64,000 nucleotides of DNA from Stegostoma tigrinum (lineage: Eukaryota). The position numbers and the translations under genes were made by a program. Where the stretch lies: the NCBI RefSeq assembly GCF_030684315.1, contig NC_081396.1, positions 4,712,001 to 4,776,000 on the forward strand, written 5' to 3'. Below the pieces are notes generated by a model that saw only the letters and a program-made list of their open reading frames with translations, searched no databases and was not told where the DNA came from. Of the stretch, positions 28,143-42,939 are shown in pieces; the stretch's first letter is position 1, and every line of letters starts with the position of its first letter.

Positions 28143-29969
28143 CTGTGTCAATGTACCTCAGAAGTATGTTTTCTATTCATAATAACTGAAATCACTCTGG
28201 TTCTGTAAATTTAAAACTTCACATTTAAAAAGGCCTCACATCAATGACAATTGGAATCCATTCAGTCATTTATATTTTTGGCGCGAATTTCTACTGTGTC
28301 TGTGGGCGAAAATAAATTGCATTTTTGCTGTTCTATAATCTATTCTGAGACATCTATTTCTGTGCTTATTTGCATCAATGCTCAGTTGGTTTCAAAGGAG
28401 AGTTGATGGTGACAAAGCCAGATGGCCGAAGTTATTTATTGATTCGTTTCAAATCAAAACAAGTTTATTTTTAGAATGTTAACAGTTCGCAGAAATGAAT
28501 ACCAATATTCTGAAAATCACATGCAACAGAGGTTACTTATTTCCAACATATACTCAAAAATTTAATGTTTAAATTTGGTTATGAATTAGTTCATGGAAAT
28601 TCTGCAGTCACTGTAAATGACACATTTCTCTACAACTAGATGAAGTCAAAACGTCTAATTGTTTTATATGTTAACCCATTTTGATCAACTCAGCTCAAAA
28701 TGCATTTTTGCATTTTCAAAAAAAAAACTTGAAACGGACATCAGGAACTGCCACAGCAATTTAAGTTAATTGTTATAGTTTCGTGAGTTTTAGTCACACT
28801 TATATCTTATTTTGTTCATTCATGGAATGTCGATGTTACTGGCTCGGGCAGCAATGAGTCACTGTCCCAAGTCGCCCATTCAGTAGGTAGCCAGTGCTAC
28901 TCCAGAAGGCAGTCAATTACAATACATTGCGTAGGGAGTCCCATGAAGTTCAGACAAAGGAGAGCACACAGATTTCCTTTCCGAATGGACATGAACAAAC
29001 CCTTGCTTTTGGATTTTCGATTGATTCTCGTCACACTGTCATTATGAGACTTGCTTTTTCCATTCCAGGTTTTATTTGAATTCAGATTTCACTCACAACA
29101 AAAAGCGGGATTCAATATCCGGTCAATTAAGCATCACGCTGGATTTTAGAATTATTGGGTCAGTGAAGTTACCACAGCGCTCTTGATTGCAAAAATGTCG
29201 TTGACATGCACAGAAAGCTGCCACAAACATAAGAGAAATAAATCTGACATTTTAAGTCTGAAGTAAATAATGGAATGGAACACATCATAAAATTCTTTCG
29301 TGTTTACACGATCACAGCTTACGTTGCATTCAATAATCGACCTAAAAACTATTTATGATTCTCTCTCTGCAGAACCTGAACTACCAACAGCGTGTTTCCA
29401 ACGTTCCTATTCTGAATTTATTTCAAATTTCTATTCTCCAGCAAACTTCGCACTTTATGAATTCTTGCCTGAAATATGAACATGTTAATCACATATCACA
29501 AGAATGTGGTCATCGCTGACCGTTTTGCGATGCTGCTGTCTGGCAAGGTTAATATTGACAGATCGTTCTGCAGATGTTTTAATACAAATGATTGTCTTGA
29601 TGTTCAGGTTCAGGATTCTAAAGGAACAGCCACGGTATTGTGGAACAAGTAGGCCAGGCCAGGTCGAAAGGACGGAATATCTCTTCTGAAGGCGAGTACA
29701 GAACCATATGGGCTTTCCCAAATCTTTGGTAAGTATGTGATTATCGCTGATTCAGCGAATATTTTTGTTTCAATTCCATGAACGAATTGAAGCTACCATG
29801 GCAGAAATTGAAATCCCACCTCTGGGAATTAAAATAAGCTTTTGAATGCCAATCAAATGCTCACAATGCCTCCTTAATCACGTGATCAAACTGTCAAGTT
29901 AGCTTCAAGGATCTTTTATGAAGTTGACTGGTTGAATACAGGGTTCATTATTTCCTGTCACTCGTTTCA

Positions 29970-32900
29970 CTAAAACAGATGTTGCAGTGCTGCCTGTCCG
30001 AAATGCAGGTCCAAAATGTCCCTCAGGAAGGGAAATTCAGGTTTTTTTTATTCAGTCACTGTGATGAATCAGTGGTGAACTTCCAAGCCAGGATGGTGAG
30101 TGACACGGAGGGTAGCTTTCAGTTTTTGCTTTGCTGGGTATCTGGTGCTCTTATCCTTCGAGAAGGAAGTGATAGTGGGTTAGGAAGATGCTGTCTCAGG
30201 ATATTGATAAATATCTTGTATCAGCTGCTTACACAAGCTGCTCAGTGCCAGCTTTGGAGAAACTGGATGCTCGTGGATGTACTGCCATTCAAATGAGCTG
30301 CTTTGTTCTGGTTGATGGCAAGCTTCTTGATTGCAACTGACGCAACACCCATTCAGGCACTTGGGAAGGCATGCCATTCCACTCACGGGTTTTGCCTTTT
30401 CGATGATGTATGGCTAAGGGAAGATACAAAGGTGGGCTACTGATCACAGTAACCCTGAGTACTTGTCTGTTCTTGTCACCACTACGTTTGTACGTTGTTT
30501 CCATTTCAGTTTCAATTGGATAAGAAACTCCAGAGTGTTGAGTTTGGAAAATTCAGTGACAGTAGCACCATTCAATGTCAAGTGGCTGTGGTTAGATTGT
30601 CTCTAATTGTCAATATTCATTGTCTACCAGTTTTGAGGTCTGAATGCTCCTTGTCAATTGTCAGTCCACGTCTGAATATTGTACAGATCTTGTATTAAAA
30701 TGGAGATTTCCACTATATCTGCAGAGTTGTGAAAGATGGTGAGTATTCTGCCATCATCAATGGTGCCCATTTCACATCTCATCTAATGGTAGAGGGGAGA
30801 TTATTAATTAAGTAGCTGAAGATAATTGGACCAGTGAAGCTACTGGAGATAATTGGGCCAATGAAACTGCCTTCACAACCTCTGATGGAGATGTGCTGGA
30901 GCTGAGACGAATTACCTCCAGCAACGGTATCAGTCTCCCTTTGTGCAAGTTGTGTCTCAAGGTAGCAGACAGTTTATCACCTGCCATGCATTGATTTCAG
31001 AGTTCCCAAAGAACAATCGATACCACACTCATTTGAATGGGACTTTGATGAGAAATGATATCACTCTCCCCTCTATTGTGAAGTTCAGTTTTTGGCCATC
31101 GTTGAACTAAGGCTGGTATTCAGTCAGGAGTTGACTGGCCCTTGAATAACCCACACATTGCGTCACTGAGCCAGAACTGCTTTCTCGCAATATCAATGGC
31201 AACTCAAACATCTTACTGATGGCTAAGAGTAACATGATAGGCAGTAATCAGCTGAGCTGGATTATTTTACTGTCTGGCCAATTTTCCACATTGTCCAGTT
31301 GGTACAAGTGTTGTAGGTTAATTGGAAGTGCTTGGCGAGTAAAGTGGCAGATCTGAGCTCATGTTATCAGTATTGGTGACAGAATTTTGTCATGTCCTAT
31401 AACGTTTGCATAATCCAACACCTCCAATCGAATGTTAAGATCCTTGGAGAGAATCTAGTTGGCTGAAGACTGGTATCTAAAATGTTGCTAACCACCGGAG
31501 GAAGCCAAGATGGATCATCCATTTGGCACCTCCAGCTGATAATTGATGTTATTTCTTCAACTTTGACGTTTTCACAGATATATTCGGCTCTTGCATCTTG
31601 AGGATGGGAATATCTGCGGGGATTACTCCCCAAATGACATATTTATATTCCTTCTCAAGCCATGACTTGATGTGACACTACAGAACTGGTCTTGTCTGAT
31701 TTGTTCACTATCAGTTCGCTTAGCTCTGTCTATCGCGTGCCATTTATGCTGTTTGGCATGACAATAGCCTCTTTGTGGCAGATTCACCACGTTGAATCCT
31801 CTTTTCCTGTGATGTTCCTGGGTTGGCATCCTGCACTTTCCATTAATTCAGCAGTGGTCCCTTCTCATGGTTGTAATGTTTGGAGAGAGAATATGCAGAA
31901 CCATGAGCTTGGGACATTGAGCAGGAAAATATTTCTCACTATTTTGGTTGCAAATCACCTGATTAATGGCAGATTTTGAGTTACTTTATCTCAGCCATTA
32001 AGCGTACTCTCAGTGTCAAACAACACAATGGACAGTGTTCTTAATGTGAAGCTGAGGCTTCGTCTCCACAACATTTGACGGGTTGGTCACTGTCATTGAT
32101 GTTGTCATTTACAGATGCATCTGTCGCCGGACTATTGGTTAGGATGAATTCAACTGCATAATATTCCATCTTGTTGCTTCCCTCAGCAGGCACTATAGAC
32201 CCACCCTAACAGGTATGTCCTTCAGGACCCGACCAACTCGATCAGTAGTGTTTCTATGCCCAGTGGTAGACATAGAAATCCCCTCCAGAAGTACGTTTTT
32301 ATCCTTTCCACCTTCAGTGCTTACTTCAAATTTTGTTCAGCATTGACCTGTACTTAATCATCAGCCGAGGAAAGGTGGTACATAATAATTAAAAGGTGTT
32401 TTCCTTTCCCGTGTTTAACGTGAATCCATCAGACTTCATGGGTCCAGAAAGAATATTGACGGCTATGAAAGTAAGTTCCTGCCCTCTGTCTATCACAGTG
32501 TTGCCACCTGTGGAGGATAAGCCCTGCTGAAGGAACATGGTGTATTCAGGTGCAGTGATGTTTGCGTTATTTTCGTTTAACCATGAATATATGACCAGGC
32601 TGTTGCTTGACCAATCTCTGAGAATGCTTTCCCAGGTTTGGCACTAGCTGCTCGATATTTTTAAACGGTTTTTTGCAAGCTTGACCAACCATGTTGCGCC
32701 AACATCTCCTCCGGAACCTTGGTCAATGTCAGATTGCCCATCTACTTTCACTGTATTTTTGCTATTTTTCAGCAATTGGAAAAACTGAGTGGCCTTCGAA
32801 GCCGTTTGAGAGTCAACCACTTTGCTTTGTGGCTGGAGTGACATTTGCCTCAGACGACATGAGTCTGGCCATCTTCCTTCCCTAAATGATATTTCGGATG
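29970..32900 (-). mobile_element. Old L2/CR1-clade LINE remnant (duplicate of 20400-22900)
   Basis: Colinear nucleotide similarity with 20400-22900 and 34780-36130. Confidence 0.6.
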
Positions 32901-34129
32901 TTTGTTTTCCTGACAATTGATAATGATGCCATTGTCTTCAGTAGACTCTTAGCTCCAAATATGTTTTCAAATTTAAATTCCACCATTATTTCTGACCTCA
33001 GAACAAATACAAAATTCATGAGGTGTTCGCTGCTACCTGAGGTTATTACTAAATGCAATTTTGTGGCATGGCATCAGATCCAGGAACTCTTTGCTCTTTC
33101 TGTCAGAAATTTACCTGTTACATTTAATCAAATAGACAATGTCTTTTTGCAACTCAAATACAACAATATCTTACTTCTGCTTGAAATCATGTGCGAATAG
33201 AAAAAAATTATTACCAGAGAAAATCAACGGCAAAAAGATCTGATCGCGAATGCAACCTCGCCTTAATTTTTACCAGACACAGCACCAAACTTTAAATTTT
33301 ATATTTTTAAAACGAAGTTTTTGTCCGAAACACACTACCATTTCGCACCTTTTACCAGTGATAACGCTCAGCTTTTTTTTTCACTCACGGTCCACATTGC
33401 ATGGTTTAAGTAATGGAATTTGTTTAATCTTGTACCCTTAAAAAAGGGAATGGTATTGCATAAAATGTTGAAACCAACAGCAATCTGCACGGTTGTTCCA
33501 AAGGCTTACAGTATACATTGTCCCTCAAAGGCAGGACGTTTGTTTGCGCTGACAACATGAAAATAACTCCCAATGTATAATTCTCATCTGACACACAACT
33601 TCCTCTTTCTCTGCGCAAGTGGCATGCCACACATGTCACATTTGAACAGAAAATAAAGCTAAACAACAATCTGGAGGAAACATCTGCCTTGGCGACGTAT
33701 ATCCGGACAGAAAGTGGGAAGTCATCGATCACCCTGAAGTGGCAAACACAAATCGACATTTTGTGTTCTGTTCAACGTTCGATTCCAGAATGTCGTTGGA
33801 TGAGTCTCAGGACCATGTCCTGAAAGTATTCAATTATCTATATTTTGAGACACATGTTTTGCACTTTTAAAGTTTTGATCATCGTATTTTTTTAACTTTT
33901 TTTATAATTTAATATTCATTTCATCAGTTTTCGATTGGTATCCATCTTGTCCCCATCCAGACACATTCTGTTTGATATAATTCTGCGATTTTAATGAACT
34001 AGAAAAATGCAAAGAATACATTAATTTGCACAAACGGTTGTGGCCGTGCATCAGATCACAAAATTAATACACATGGAGTGCCCCTTTTCTGTAACTACTT
34101 TGAGCATCATTGTGTTCAAACAAAAGCCT

Positions 34130-34440
34130 CTGGGGAGGGACAGTGACTCAGTGGCTAACACTGCCAGTGGTGCCAGGGCCCAACATTCAATTCCATCTTC
34201 AGGCTACTGAGAGTGTAGAGTCTGTACGTTTTTGCCATTTCGACAGGTGCTCCAGTTTGATCTCGCAATTCAAAGACATGCAAGTTAGGTGGATCAGCCA
34301 TTCAAACTTGCCCAGAGTGTCCAGGGATGTGTGGATTATCGTGTCAGCCATGGGAATATTCAGAGCGGTGCGCCGTTTGCACAGTTGTTGTGATCTCTGA
34401 GTGCCAAATAGCCTGGTTCCATGCTGTAAGGGTACTCCTG
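34130..34440 (+). mobile_element. Decayed HE1/V-SINE
   Basis: GTGACTCAGTGGCTAACACTG head, CAAAGACATGCAAGTTAGGTGGAT body, GCCTGGTTCCATGCTGTAAGGG tail. Confidence 0.65.
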
Positions 34441-34779
34441 CAATCGAATTTCATAATTTGGAAATCCGATCTCTTTGAGCGAGTTTGTTCCGAAGGTTGA
34501 TTATTGTCCGAATTCTTTCAGAAACCATAGCTACTTAAAAACCCTTACTTTGAACAAAGATTCAAATGTTATTCAAGTTTGTGGTAATGACATTTCCTTT
34601 GGTGAAATTCTTGTGTTTTTTCTTTGGTATACATTGCTTCTAGCCGAAGATTAAAACACTGATATCTCCGAGTTACCTGATGTGGCCCTTGCGTATCGAT
34701 AAAAATTGCAAGCTGTTCATAAGAACCAGAATGAACAGATTGTTTTTGATTCCTGTGTCACTGGTTTTTTTTGAAATGG

Positions 34780-36130
34780 ACATTTCTCTCTGGCCAGCAT
34801 ACTGCCCAAACTTAGTTGACTTTGAGAGAGAGATGGTGAGCTGCTTTTTTAAATCACTGCTGTCAAAAATGCCACTACCAAGGGTATTCTAGGGTATTGG
34901 CCCACTGGCATCAAATTAACGGTGATACATTTACAAGTCATGATGGTGAGTGGCTTGGTGGGGAAATTGGAGGTTGTGGTGTTCCTGCCCATGTCTTTCT
35001 TGTCGGAAATTGTTGAGGGTTTGGAAGGTGGTGTCTGAATGTTTTGTTCCTCTTGCAGATAGCACACACTGATGCGACTGAGCCTCAAAGGCGGTGGGAA
35101 TGAAAGTTGGTGAATACAACATCAATCAAGAGTGTTGTTTTTGCCCTGGATTGTGTAAAACTTGTTGTTGAGGCTGCAGGCATTCAGGCAAATGGGGAGC
35201 ATTCGGAAACACTTCTTAATTCAGCATTATTAATGTTGGAAAGGCTTTGAGAAGTAGGGAAGTGAGTTACTCGCTACTACATTCACATCTTCTCACTTGT
35301 CTTGGTATGATTATGATTCTATGGTCAGTTCAGATGTAACTCCTGGTCAATGATAAGACCCAGGATTTTGATTTGAGGTATTTAATGATGGTGACACCAC
35401 TGAATGCCAGGTACCAGGAGATAGATCGTGTTTTATTCGTGATAATCACAAATTAATATTTGTGTGGTGCAAATGTTAATTGCAACTTATCTGCACACAC
35501 CTGTATACTTTCAAATCTTGTTGCATTTGAACATGCCCTGCCTCAGTGCGTGAAGATTCCAGTTTGGAACTGAACATGTGCATTAATCTTTGAACATCCC
35601 CACTTCTGACTTTATGATGGAGGGAAGGTCATTGATGAAGCTGATGAAGATGTTTGTGCTCAGGATAATATCCTGAGGAACACGTGCATAGATGCCATGG
35701 AACTGAGATGACTGATCTTCAAAAACCATGATTATCTTCCGAAATGTCAGGTGGGCATCCAACTTCCGGAAATTTACCCAACTCATCTGCTTTCGTTTCA
35801 GTTTTGCCAGGGCTCTTTGCTGCCAAGTCCAGTCGAAAGCAGCCTTGACGTTAAAGGTGGTCACTTTCAGCTCACTTCTGGAATTCTTTCTTTTGCCCAC
35901 ATTTGGACCAATGTTGCAATGAGGTCAGGAGCAGAGTTGTCTTGGCAGAACCCAAACTGGGCAAAACTAACAAGTTTAGTACCGAGCAGGTGCTGCTTGA
36001 TAGCATTGTCGATGCCACCTTACATCAATTTGCTGATGATCGACTGCAGACTGATGGGATGGTGATCGGCCAGACAGGTCTGTTTATGTGCATGACGTAC
36101 TTGTTCAATTTTCCTCATGGCCTGAAAGCA
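34780..36130 (-). mobile_element. L2/CR1-clade LINE 3' half, decayed
   Basis: Minus ORF 35583-35900 contains FNVKAAFDWTW and RVPQDIILSTNIFISFINDLPS..GMFKD (decayed RT motifs). 3' end near 34780. Confidence 0.75.
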
Positions 36131-39100
36131 CAAATCTTTAGTTCTATTGCCCAAATGTTATCACATGGAGCTGAGGAAAAGGTGAGGATGGCAGATTTCC
36201 CTCCCAGCAGGGCATTAGTGAAACACAATGTTCTTTTTTTCGACAATCAGCAATTAATTCTGTTCTCAGTCGATTATCATTCCAGATTGTTTCAAATTCA
36301 ATTCCATTTCTACCATATTTCGGGTCGGGAGATATTCTTAGATGTCATAAACACCAAGCCTCTGATTCGTTTTGCATCAATTGTAACAACATCAATTATG
36401 AGTCTCTCACCTAGTTTGGGCCATTTCATTTGACCTCTGATACTTACCACAAAACTGTGCTCGGCCTTAAACTGTCAAATCGTTCTTGCTCTTTAATTTC
36501 CTCCTAAAGTCGAATGTATGTAATGTTCACTGCTAACTGTATGTAACATCAGTGATGATTATTGACATTCCAGGTGCATTTGCACACTTTCTCAGGAAGT
36601 GCAGAGTTCTTTCACATCTCCACCAAGAGAAATAATGTCTTCTTCAGGAATTAGATGGTATTTTCAATGTTTTATCACACATAGGAAGTCACACATTTTT
36701 TGTATGGACATGCTGCAAAGAGAAGACCTGTCTTTCCTTCCGTTTCTCTTTCCTCACTGTGAAAGAAAATGCAAAACAAATCAATTCAGAATTAATTATA
36801 TTATACCTTTCCACTGTGAAAATTTACCCGTTCAATGTACAATCAACATAATAATAAGCCTGTGGCATGACGATGGATTCAAATTCTCAAATACGCTCTG
36901 GCTGTTTCCACTTTTTCATAGCCTTGTTAAAGGGATACCTCACACACCTGCTGGAAAAAGTGAAATGTCAGAAACATATTTTTCCATTCAGTGACGCCAA
37001 TTTTGATCAAGTGTCAGTGCTATGTTTCATTCAATGATGTTACCTGAACTGCAGGTTTAATTACAGTACTTTGTCTTTTCGAATTTCCGTTACTCGGGGC
37101 CTTAGGCGTGTTATTGAAAAGTAAACTTCAATTCATTAATGTTGAAACAGCATTTGTTTCTATTAAACGGAGCTTGGAAATATGATATTAATGGCCTTCA
37201 CTCTCACACATAAATGTATCAGGCTGACACTTGACTTGATTGCACTAAATACTGACTTTGTCATCATCACACTATATACTGTGATCTGTTAAGTAATGCA
37301 TTTAGGATTCTCTCTGTGATATTCAGAAGCAAATATTATGCTTATTCCAATCAACGTCACTGTCACATGTGTCCACTCTTCTTGTGTCAGAATCTGGTAC
37401 TGCATTGGCGAGGATAAAGTCAAAACTTCCATTCAAATGTGACAAAAAATATGATGACTATAATGTTTGTCTTTATCAGATTGTAACAAGCAAGAAGTTT
37501 GAGGCAAAGATAAAATTTGACACTGCTTCTATTGCTCCTCCCCTTTGCTCCTCCCCAAGACATGTTTCAGTTGCAATTTGACACAACATGTCTTCAATTA
37601 AAATTGCATATTGACTTGTTGGTTCCAAATATATATCTGACTCTTGCTCTATTATTTCTGGTCGTAGCTGCATCCTTTATTTAACCCTTTTCTGCAGCTG
37701 TAATTTCATGACATTGCAGAACCAGTAAATATCTGTGGCTAATCAGCACCAGATCCTGCCGTAGCTCTTATTGTAGGAGTCAGCATCACTTGTTATAATA
37801 ACCGAGATTCATTCTGGTTCAATACAGAATTCGCCTGTGTCTTCCTTGATATCAGACCACATTCTATTGTTTTATGAGTATGTTAGTAAACCTTTCTGTT
37901 CATATTGCAGTGGAGCCAGACCTGTTTAACCAACGATTGCACAGAACAGACAAAAAGAGTTAAGTCAATCATGAACACAAATGTGGAATACTTCTCGTTG
38001 ATATTCTGAATACCTGGGTCATAATAACATAAACGGTACAGTGTAATGTAAAATCTGCCAAAAACAGCCAATAAGAGAAATAATGGAAGTAAAGCCTCTT
38101 GTAACAGAGCGTGATGGATATGACATACAAAAGGCAGAGGGTGACTCAGGTTAGATTACGGAACTTCATTGTGTAATATTAGCTACGACATGATTCAGCA
38201 CAGTCTTACAAAAGGATGGTAAATCAAATGTAAAGATGAATTTGGTTCAACGCTGTCTGAACTGAGACTGAACTTATAACAGAAACAACTGAGAAATGAC
38301 CAAGTCAAGGCCTTGTGGAATGCATTGTTTTTGTCAATGCTGTCAAAACCACCCATGTCAGTCATATCATGTGGCATTTGCGTTGCATGAATGGAATTAC
38401 AGTGTGTTTGGAAAACATTATGAGACGTCCTGCCCTTCTTGTCTTCTTTTATCTTCTAAAGTCAATCGCTTTCATTTTTATTGAGATAATGAGCAAATTC
38501 CTTCTTGATATGTAAAGTTCCTGCTGCCAAAGCTATATTTTTGATCAGTAATGCCAGAACAGAGCTGCATACTGTCTTATATAGTTTAACTTCCTCATAT
38601 ACGCATTAGCTCTTTTGACACTGACTTTATTTTGGTGCATTGTACTTGCGATCTTGACAGAAAGGGGAATGGTTCCCATTTATCTCTTCGTTAAAGCCCC
38701 TCATTATTTTGAACATATCTATCAATCGCATCTCATACATTTCTCCCCCAAATAAAACTGCTCCAACGTCTACAGCACGCCAGTTCATGAATGCTCCTTC
38801 AGTTGGTGTGCAGTTTTGAATCTTGAAAGCATGCTCTATCCTTTGATTTGAATTTCGGCCCAAATATGAACCGTTGTTTCAAGTGAGGTCTAATCCATGT
38901 GCAAGATAGGTTTTAAATATCTTCCTTGCTTTTAAGTGATAATACATATATATTTGTGTACATTGTTATGTATTGTGTCTCCATGCTCTTCCTCCATAAA
39001 TTAATCAGGGGATAAACCTCTGCGCTAAATTTCATTTGTCGCCCGTCGACACAATCCACAAAGCTCAATAGATCCTTCAAAAGCTATGAGCTGTCTTCCT

Positions 39101-40932
39101 TCAGTTCAGAATTGTTGCAAGATTCTTGTTGCAGCAAATTGTGAGGTAATGCACTTTACGCAACATCATATTCAAAAACATAAATGAAAACATTCACACG
39201 TCAAAGCATTGACACCTGCATAATAGCGCTTTGAACCTCCCTTGAATACAAAACACACATAACTGTCCCTTTTGATTCATGATTTCTTCAATTTACTCGG
39301 ATGTTTTCAAATAAGTTTTGAAATACACATGGAAAAGAATAATCACATGAGGACAACAACTAGTGTGTTAATCCACAAGAAAAAGCAAACAAATTTGTTC
39401 ACATGAGTGGCGCTGAGAAATCCATAAACGATAATTTAAACAAAATAATTTCCAATGATTTGAGGGATCATCCATTTTCTGTGCAGTGTTTTGAACCTTA
39501 GGTTACACTTAATTCCCGATGAACCGAGCTTGCTTGTGTCAAAATAAGTTGAATACTATTAACTTTGCGAATACCTTTTGGCTCTTCATCGCTGAATAAA
39601 GGGATGTTGCCCTGGGCATCACCTGGGGAACATTAGATAATGATTCCCTGAATGGTCAGATTTTAATTTTGTTGAAATATTATATGATTGAAACGAAATG
39701 TAGGGACATTTCCGATATCAATCAGATGAAATAGAGCCTCTGAATTTGACAAGCATGGATTTAGAATTATGGAAGATGGCACCACAGCGAAAAATCACTC
39801 TTCCCATTGAGTGTCTATAACCGAAAAACAAGACCTTCAAGCTTACGCATGTTGTGTTGCGTATTGTCCATAACAATGAATATTATAGCACTTGAAGTAC
39901 ATCTTCAAATACATTTTTCTGTCCCTGTCTTCACCATTCCTTCAGCAACTAAGTTTCTTGAATATGCCCTGCCATTTCACTGCCAATCACTGATACGTAA
40001 AGGCATTATTTACCCAGCTCTCCCCTCTGTCATTGAGGTTTTTCTCATTTATTTTATCCAGCATGAAATCGGTGTACCTCTCAAGAAAAATCTACCCGAA
40101 AATTCCTGTTTTCAACCACGAGCAAATCCAACTAAACTAAAATTTCCTATGTGTTGCTCTTTTTTCACAGTCTTCGCATAATCGTCCTAATCTCAGCAAA
40201 CATAAAATGACGTGCGGTCCATGATGTTTCTGGCTGTGCGTATGGTCACACAATGTCTGTGTTGGTGCGTTAATTTACTTCAATTGTTATTGTTCTTTCT
40301 TGTTCTGGTAAACATAAATTGATAGATCATTGACGAATCCTTCATCAGGATTGGTGGCAATGATTCGATGTACCCGGGTATTTTTGTCAAAATATAACTC
40401 AAACATGGAAGAGGCAATGAACAAACATTGCAGTTAGAACAAAATAAAGTGCATTGGGCCCAATCCATTTTACATCACAGGTATTATCTCCATTGCTGGA
40501 AATGCTAGTTTATGGTTAAAATGTGGGGGCGATCATTGCTTGTGATAAAATAGACAGATATTCCAAACAGTTCATGTAGCCCTGGGAAACTGAATGGCCA
40601 ATCTCTAAACTTGGCGTTTCGAGCCATCCGAACTATTCCAGACTTACTTATCAAAGTCACCTGACATAGAAATTAATCTTCGTACATTACGCAGATGCAC
40701 CACCAGCAATGTTTGTTTATTCAACCAAAATCAGCCTCATAAATTAAGAAAGATAAGTACACATGTCTTTCAGTGATTTATTGCTGACAACGAAGTTTTC
40801 TTGTAGTACAGATCAATTTGAATGTTACACCGTTCTCTGGTGTCACCTTGTTCTTGTGAGCAAGAGATGCTTTGCAAATTATATTCAGTATGTCACTGCA
40901 GGTATTTCAAAAGGCACTGTGTACTCAAGGAT

Positions 40933-41028
40933 CTCCCAAAAAATAAAAATCAACAATGTGGTCTTGACACGGTCATCTACTCCCAAAAAATAAAAATGAA
41001 CAATGTGGTCCTGACACGGTCATCTACT
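40933..41028 (+). repeat. 47-bp tandem duplication (2 copies, 2 mismatches)
   Basis: CTCCCAAAAAATAAAAAT(C/G)AACAATGTGGTC(T/C)TGACACGGTCATCTA repeated with period 47. Confidence 0.92.
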
Positions 41029-42939
41029 TTTGTGATCGTGTCAGAAACAAAATCAAATTGGCCATCAACGGAAGGGCAATTCCCTTTCAGTTCTTTGGAA
41101 TAGTACGACCGGATACTTTATGTGCATGTGGGATGGCAGAGGATATTCAGTTTAACACCACCAGAGAACATCAGTGGACAGAGTCACAGATGGAAATCCA
41201 GATAATTACTGTCATTGCACATGCGCATTGATATAACATCGATCAATTGAACATTCGATAGTCAATGTCTGAACTGTAACTTGTGGATGCCTTGGCAACT
41301 CAGACTGACTGTGCATCTCCTTGGGATCACCCTTGTGAAACCTTACTGATCGTATAGGGAGGATGTTCCCAGTGTTGAGTGTGTCCAGAAGCAGGCTTCA
41401 ATATCTTACAACTCTGGGCAGAGAATGAGGGATGGAAATGATAGGAAATTTCTGCATCTGAAGAGTGGTGAGACTTTGGGATTCACTACAAAAGGAAGGG
41501 GTTGATTCCAAAACGTTGAATGTATTAACGAGTTGGCCGGATATTGCACTTATGGCCACTGGGATCAAAGGTTATGGAGAGAAAGCACGATTGGACGACT
41601 TCATTGGTTGATTAACCACGATCATGATGAATAGCTGAGCAAGCTCAAACGGGAGATTGGACTTCTCCTGTTCGAATTTTCCAAGCTTCTCAAGGAGCTA
41701 ACTGTGAACCTGGCCTTGAAATCAACTCCAAATTATCTTTAATGTTCTTGAATTCCATGATAAAAATCAAAACATGTCATGGGTCTCACCTAGAACTGTA
41801 CAGTAATTCAATGGAATTTTCATCAAACTGCTTTATCTTCTTTAAATAAGCATTGCTTTTTATCAGACTACTGACTGGAGGACAAAAATTGATTGTGATG
41901 CACCAATCAAATTGAAGTGATGGCAATGTTAACAATCATTAATCGAATGGGAGAAAACAATAAGTTCCACGGTACCAATTGTTTTAGAAAATGGAGAGCT
42001 GTGGAACTCTGCATGGAGGGATTTGGCGCATGATTAAAGAAATGCTAATTTCTTATTGATACTTAGTCCGGGTGAAAATCTGGAGAAGCGTGAATTGCTT
42101 TGTAATATGGTAGACTGTGAAATAATGATGAACTGGAATTGTGTCTTTGCTCGTATTTCCCACCCGCTACTATTCATTTGTTGCCAAAACAGTTATTGCT
42201 GGCAGTTGCTTTATGAAGGCAAATTAAACTGCACATAAATTGATTTGACAATCTCAGGATGTGGGAGAGAGCCTCTGAAAGTGAGGAGCAATTAGTATTG
42301 ATTAGGTTTGCAGCTGTTCACTAAAAGAAAACCCTTCATAAGATACTGATCAAGAAAAAAATGTTTATTTTCTTTGCCCTGAAACATTCAAAAGGATGGC
42401 CTATTTTCAATGAAATTAAACAGAAATCTGCCGAACAGGTTGTTCCTCAATATTTTCGTGTGGATGCTCTGTTGGAGGCATGCCCCATTATCATACCAGG
42501 CGTGCGATGATCAAACAAATCTCAAAACAGAGGGGCAATTGCATGAAAAGAGGCAAATTGATCACACGTATGCCACAGCATCAGTACAAGTATAACAAGC
42601 ATTGTCCTAATGATGTGCACTATTTTTGCTGTGAGAAGCAAAGTGGGTGAAGATATGTTGAGTGTTCTGTTCTATACAATGGAACCACATATTCGAAATA
42701 TTTACATGGGTCCTTCTGAATCCAGGCAAGTGCTCGATTTGTATCTCTCAGATGACGATTTACAATCAGCAGTGAGCAATCATGAGTGCCATTTGGCAAT
42801 ATTTCAGTTTCTATGAATAAATTCCTTTTTGTCACTTCCAGAGTAGAACAAACTGACACATTTTTGATAATTGACCTGCCTCAAATCGTGAAGCCAGCAA
42901 ACAAAAATTTGAATTTTGGCGAATATTTCTTTTTCAGGT

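Larger units (their letters stand above)
12710..32480 (+). repeat. Old tandem segmental duplication: copy A ~12710-22900, copy B ~24625-32480
   Basis: Colinear anchors: TATCACT(G/A)TTTATTTCCG 12712/24627, TGGTTTCAAAG 18421/28387, AAGTCGCCCATTCAG and CTCCAGAAGGCAGTCAATTA ~18907-18957/~28869-28919, GATTCTCTCTCTGCAGAACCT ~19534/~29357. Confidence 0.75.

Noticed and set aside
27660-28208. ORFs spanning N runs (also 43635-44063 and 57741-58157)
   Set aside because: Their length comes from assembly gaps.
37730-38080. Weak Ig-like words (e.g. EDTGEFC on the minus strand) as a decayed V or C exon
   Set aside because: No Cys-Trp-Cys spacing, no RSS and no consistent splice sites.
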